From NCBI GenBank assembly GCA_043754515.1, contig JAYUUO010000015.1:1-18761 (forward strand): a stretch of DNA of 18,761 nucleotides. The letters are read 5' to 3'. Below are positions 14,644 through 18,761 of the stretch, one piece after another. The stretch is from Armatimonadota bacterium. GTDB lineage: Bacteria > Armatimonadota > Armatimonadia > Armatimonadales > Armatimonadaceae. The number at the start of each line of letters is the position of its first letter. Position 1 is the stretch's first letter. Below the pieces are notes generated by a model. It worked only from the letters and a program-made list of their open reading frames with translations. It did no database searches and had not been told where the DNA came from. A program made the translations under genes and the position numbers.

Positions 14644-17600
14644 GGCGTTTTCTCCGCGACTGGCTTGCTCGTACCGCGCGCCGCCTCCCGCACGTCCAGC
14701 ACCTGGGATGCGCTTCCGCCGCGGACACGGGGGCGGCGGATCAATTCCCCGGTTGCGGGCAGGGCGATCAGGGTGCCTTCCGACTCGGCTCTCAGGTAGT
14801 AACGGAACGTCACCGGCTCGGAGCCGTGTACCGATAGGTAGTGTAGCAAGGCACCATCGCGCACCTCCTCGCGCACGTTCGACATGCGCTCGGAATCAAC
14901 GAACTCGAACCCGGATGGGAGCGGTTCAGTCACGCGCAGGGCGTCGGCGGACTCGCCCGGCCAGACGACCACCGTGACGCGCACCGCCGACGCGGGGAGT
15001 ACGTCGGTAACACCAGGTAATACTTCGCCCCAGACGCCGAACATGCTTTGTGCCTCGAACCGGCGCAATACGCGCATCCCCCCGGCGGTTTCGCCGACTT
15101 GCGGCCGATAAACGACCGCCTCGGCGGCTAAAAACGCGGCGTTGCGGGCGGTGCCTTTACGGACAAGCGTGATCGCGTTCGTGCCGTCCTTCAGCAGGGA
15201 GCGCGGCACTGATGCCGTGAGCGGCGTGGTGGTTTCGGTCCCCGGAGCGCGGGCTTCCCAGGGCACCGGGACGCCGTTCACGGTGACCGAGAAGTCGCCT
15301 GGGGACGGCATGAGGGACCGCACCGTGGCGTCGCCGCTCCCGCCCGAAACGGCGCGACTATACAGGAGCAGGGCGCGAACCGTGTCTGCCTGCTCGGAAT
15401 CGGTCGCGTCGGACGAGTCCTCGCCGCCCTCGCCGGGGAGCAGGAGCCAGCGGGCCAGTTTGGATTGCAGGGGCGCGTCGTCACCGAGCGCGACCAGAGT
15501 TTCGAGCGCGAGCGCGGTGGTCTCGATCACGCCGCTACGCTGTCCCGGACGCTCGCCCGCCGGGATGTACGCCGAGTCAACTCCCGACACCGCCAACGCA
15601 AACACCAGTGCCGCCAGTTGCCGCGCCCGTTCCTTATTGCCGGTTTCGAGTATCCCCTTGGCGAGCGCGAGTGTCGCCGCCGGGGATAGGAAGGCGGCAT
15701 CCCGCTCCGCGACTTCGGCAAGGTACGCCGGTTTCTCCGTGGCCGGCGCGAGGAACGCTCTTTCCTCCGGCAGGCCGCTCTCCTTGTACAGCGCGTCGGC
15801 ACCCCGGAGGCCCCGACTGAGCAGGGCTTCGGGGAACGGCAGATCACGCGGCAACAGGTTCGGCGCGGCCTTCACGGCGCGCAGGGCGCGTAGCACCCGC
15901 GCCGTAACGCGGGCGTCGGCGGGCGCGTCCTCCCACCAGCCCCAGTCCCCTTGCGGCGACTGCGAGCGCGACAGGAACGCCAGCGCGTCGCGTAACAACT
16001 CCGGCTTCATCGGCGGTGCGCCGGGAGTCGCGGCGACCAGGAGCCGATCCGCCGCCGCGATTGTCCCGTAACTGCCCGTCGCGTATAGCCCGGTAGCGGC
16101 GGCGCGGGCGGAGGATTCCGGCCCGCCGCGTACGGTGATCAGCAGATCGGTGGCCGGTTCGAGCCGGTCGGCGGGCAAATCCAGGGTGAGCGCGGCGGTG
16201 TCGCCAGGAACGGCGACACCTGCCTGTATCCGGGTCGCGACGCCGCGCGGGCGAACCGGCACCGCCATCCGCAAGTGATCCGAGTAGTCCGCGAGCGTCT
16301 CGCCCGGCGTGCGATCCGTCGCGATCAGCGTCGCGTCGAGCACCGCGCGGCCGTCCGTCGTGGGGATTGTTTCCGCCGACACGTGCCACTCCACCTTCGC
16401 CTCGCCCTTCGCCTTGACGGTGACGGATTTCGTCGCGCTCTCGTTCGCGGCGGGCTGCACTCCGGTGGCGTTCAAGGTCACGGTGAACGTGTGATCGCGT
16501 TCAGAGCGGTTCGAGACCGTGCCGATCAGAGTCAGTTGATCCCCCTGGACGAACTGGCGCGGGGCGGCTATGCGCAACATGACCAGGCGTGACGCGGTGA
16601 TTTTAGACACGGCGCGACCGACCGCCGTGGACCTGGTGACGCCCAGAGCCGTCGCTCGCCACGCCGTCAAGTTACCGGGCAGTTCGACATGGGCGACCGC
16701 CATGCCGTCGGGGCCGGTGAGAAGGTGGGCGTTCCAAAACGCCGTGTCGAGAAACTTCTGGCGCACCGGCGCGACGCCATCCGGAGCGGCACGCTGGTAT
16801 GCGCCGCCGCTGACCTCTTCGGGCGCGGAGGCGTTGGTCTGCGTATGGTTGCCGCGAAGGCCCCAGAACGTCGCGTACAGGTCGGGGGTCGCGTCGGGGC
16901 GCACCGCGAAGATGGCCTCGTCAATCACGGCGAGCACGACTTCGGCACCGACGACGGGTTGACCGCTCTTGCCGTCCCGGGCGCGGATCGTGTAGATCAC
17001 TGTGTCGCCGGGGCCGTGTTCCGCGCGGTCGGGCGTAACGCTTAAGTCGAGGCGGCGCGAGCGATCCGGCACCGGGAGCGTGGTGGTGCAGTCAATCAGC
17101 CGCGAGAAATGCGAAGCTTTGGATATGACGTGTGCCCACTGCGTCGCCGTCACGTAGACGTTCGGCGACATCGCGAGCGTGACCGGCACTTTCCAGACGA
17201 ACCTGGTCTTTCCCGGCAGCATGACCTTCACCGCGAACAGCGACTCTCCTTCAATGGTTAGCAACACCGGCCGTTTCGGGGAGTTGGTAGTCAGGAAAAC
17301 GGTGGCGGTCTCGCCGGGCTGGTAAGACGGCTTCCCAAGCCGCGCTTGGACGATCGGTTCTTTCACCTCCTCCTCGCTAGGGGTATCCGGGGCAGCGACA
17401 TAGAAATGAGTGGTTGCTATCGCGATACGTCCCGTCCCGTCAGCGATGGTGGCGCGAACCTCGACGTCGCCTTCCTTCGCGGCGGGGACGTTCGTCGTCT
17501 GCTTCCCACTCGCGGGCACCACGGCGGCGGACTGGCTGAGAACGTGCCACTCCGAAATGTGCTTTTTCTCGTCCCACTCCTGTTGGCGCGTGACCAACGT

Positions 17601-18761
17601 CACCTTGCTGCCAGCGGGTCGCCCGTCGGGGTCGCTGACGATCAAATCCACCGGCACCACGGCATTGAGCGGGGCCACCTGATTCTGGGCACGGATTCCG
17701 AGCCGGAGCGTGGCGGCATAAACTGGCACCGAAGCGGTCGTGGTGACCTCGCGCCGCTGGCCATCCGTCACGGTCGCCGATATGGTGTAGGCGGCGTCCC
17801 CCATATCCCTCTTCGTCGGGAACGGTATCGTCGCGTTCCCGGCGGCGTCCGTAACGACCGTGCCGTCCCCGACCACCGCGTCGGCGGCGTATGTGTCGTG
17901 GGCGTACAGGTTGCCGTCGCCGCTCGCGAACCACGCGGAATCGGCGGGGTCGTCCGACAGCGAGCCGTAGAATGGCGTGGGACGGCTCCGAATCAGGTAG
18001 CGCACGGCGGCACCGGGGAGCGGCGCGCCGAAGTAGTAGCTCGCCTTGAGCGCGAATGTGCCGGGTTCGCCGGACAGGTACCGTTCCTTGCCGGGTGTCA
18101 CCGAAGCAAGGAAGTCCGGCTTGCGGTACTCAGCGACCGTGAATGTCGCGTAGGCTTTCTGTCCGTCCTTCGCCGTCAACACGAGAGAGTAGGCACCGAG
18201 CGAACCCCGCGCCGGAACCGGGAATGATCCGGCGAGCGTGCCGATGGCGTTCGTCTTCTCCTCCGTGCGCTGGAAAACGTTGTCGCGGCTGTCGCGTATC
18301 TCCGTGGTAATCGGCTCCGTGACTGGGGCCGCGAACCCGTTCCCCCGCGTTCTCCGCAGGATCGCGCGGTAAGAGACGGTCGCGCCGGGTCGGTAAATGG
18401 GGCGGTCAGTTTGCAAGTGGCTGACCAGATGGCCGTCGGGACTAACCCCCGACACCAGCAACCCGGCACGGTCTACTGATTGCCCTGGCGTGCTTCGCGT
18501 CACGATCAGCACCTGCCCCGCGTCCGATCTCGCCGCGATCTGACACACGCCGTCTTTATCGGATCGCCCCCGCGCAATCTCCTTATCGCCCGATTTGTCC
18601 CAAATCGTCACGGTCGCGCCGACGACCGGTGATCCGGTTCGGTGATCCGTCACCCAGGTTAGCACGGCGTTCGGGGAGCGTTTGACCACGACAGCGAGTT
18701 GTGTGACGTTCACCACCGCCCACGTCCGTCTTCCGCCGCCGCTCGCCACCAGCAGGTACGC
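14640..18761 (-). CDS. Bacterial alpha-2-macroglobulin family protein (5'-truncated by the window)
   Basis: More than 1370 aa, with the frame open to the window end. Motifs TDRPIYRPG (MG2), FTVAEYRKPDF, ASYYFGAPL, LAVIDEAIF, VRQKFLDTAFW, LPGNLTAWR, QSPQGDWGWW and EPLPSGFE. Confidence 0.93.
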   Translation of the reverse strand, partial: AYLLVASGGGRRTWAVVNVTQLAVVVKRSPNAVLTWVTDHRTGSPVVGATVTIWDKSGDKEIARGRSDKDGVCQIAARSDAGQVLIVTRSTPGQSVDRAGLLVSGVSPDGHLVSHLQTDRPIYRPGATVSYRAILRRTRGNGFAAPVTEPITTEIRDSRDNVFQRTEEKTNAIGTLAGSFPVPARGSLGAYSLVLTAKDGQKAYATFTVAEYRKPDFLASVTPGKERYLSGEPGTFALKASYYFGAPLPGAAVRYLIRSRPTPFYGSLSDDPADSAWFASGDGNLYAHDTYAADAVVGDGTVVTDAAGNATIPFPTKRDMGDAAYTISATVTDGQRREVTTTASVPVYAATLRLGIRAQNQVAPLNAVVPVDLIVSDPDGRPAGSKVTLVTRQQEWDEKKHISEWHVLSQSAAVVPASGKQTTNVPAAKEGDVEVRATIADGTGRIAIATTHFYVAAPDTPSEEEVKEPIVQARLGKPSYQPGETATVFLTTNSPKRPVLLTIEGESLFAVKVMLPGKTRFVWKVPVTLAMSPNVYVTATQWAHVISKASHFSRLIDCTTTLPVPDRSRRLDLSVTPDRAEHGPGDTVIYTIRARDGKSGQPVVGAEVVLAVIDEAIFAVRPDATPDLYATFWGLRGNHTQTNASAPEEVSGGAYQRAAPDGVAPVRQKFLDTAFWNAHLLTGPDGMAVAHVELPGNLTAWRATALGVTRSTAVGRAVSKITASRLVMLRIAAPRQFVQGDQLTLIGTVSNRSERDHTFTVTLNATGVQPAANESATKSVTVKAKGEAKVEWHVSAETIPTTDGRAVLDATLIATDRTPGETLADYSDHLRMAVPVRPRGVATRIQAGVAVPGDTAALTLDLPADRLEPATDLLITVRGGPESSARAAATGLYATGSYGTIAAADRLLVAATPGAPPMKPELLRDALAFLSRSQSPQGDWGWWEDAPADARVTARVLRALRAVKAAPNLLPRDLPFPEALLSRGLRGADALYKESGLPEERAFLAPATEKPAYLAEVAERDAAFLSPAATLALAKGILETGNKERARQLAALVFALAVSGVDSAYIPAGERPGQRSGVIETTALALETLVALGDDAPLQSKLARWLLLPGEGGEDSSDATDSEQADTVRALLLYSRAVSGGSGDATVRSLMPSPGDFSVTVNGVPVPWEARAPGTETTTPLTASVPRSLLKDGTNAITLVRKGTARNAAFLAAEAVVYRPQVGETAGGMRVLRRFEAQSMFGVWGEVLPGVTDVLPASAVRVTVVVWPGESADALRVTEPLPSGFEFVDSERMSNVREEVRDGALLHYLSVHGSEPVTFRYYLRAESEGTLIALPATGELIRRPRVRGGSASQVLDVREAARGTSKPVAEKTP

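Overview
GC-rich bacterial chromosomal window with three parts. Left (1-4.8 kb): a 5'-truncated tandem XRE-HTH regulator, an NADPH:quinone reductase, a small membrane protein, and a groES-groEL operon with a perfect sigma70 promoter (TTGACA-N17-TATAAT) and a variant CIRCE. Middle (4.7-10.6 kb), the most interesting part: a three-unit tandem array anchored on the groEL 3' end. Each unit is [groEL 3' tail + terminator or its remnant] - [orphan gene X, minus strand] - [extended -10 promoter + start of a ParD/CopG-like antitoxin]. Between units lies variable toxin-antitoxin-type cargo: a ParE-like toxin, two DUF6932-like nucleotidyltransferase/partner pairs, DUF6883/DUF4926-like genes and an EEP remnant. 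The putative toxins are mostly broken while antitoxin/partner genes stay intact. The displaced groEL tails differ from the live groEL mainly at synonymous sites. No integrase is visible. The array ends at an IS701-like transposase fragment and an IS200/IS605-like end. Right (10.6-18.8 kb): a decayed heme peroxidase, a beta-rich lipoprotein, and a 5'-truncated thioester-less alpha-2-macroglobulin coupled to a redoxin-polysaccharide deacetylase fusion. Family names come from motif recognition by eye and counts are hand counts; nothing was searched.
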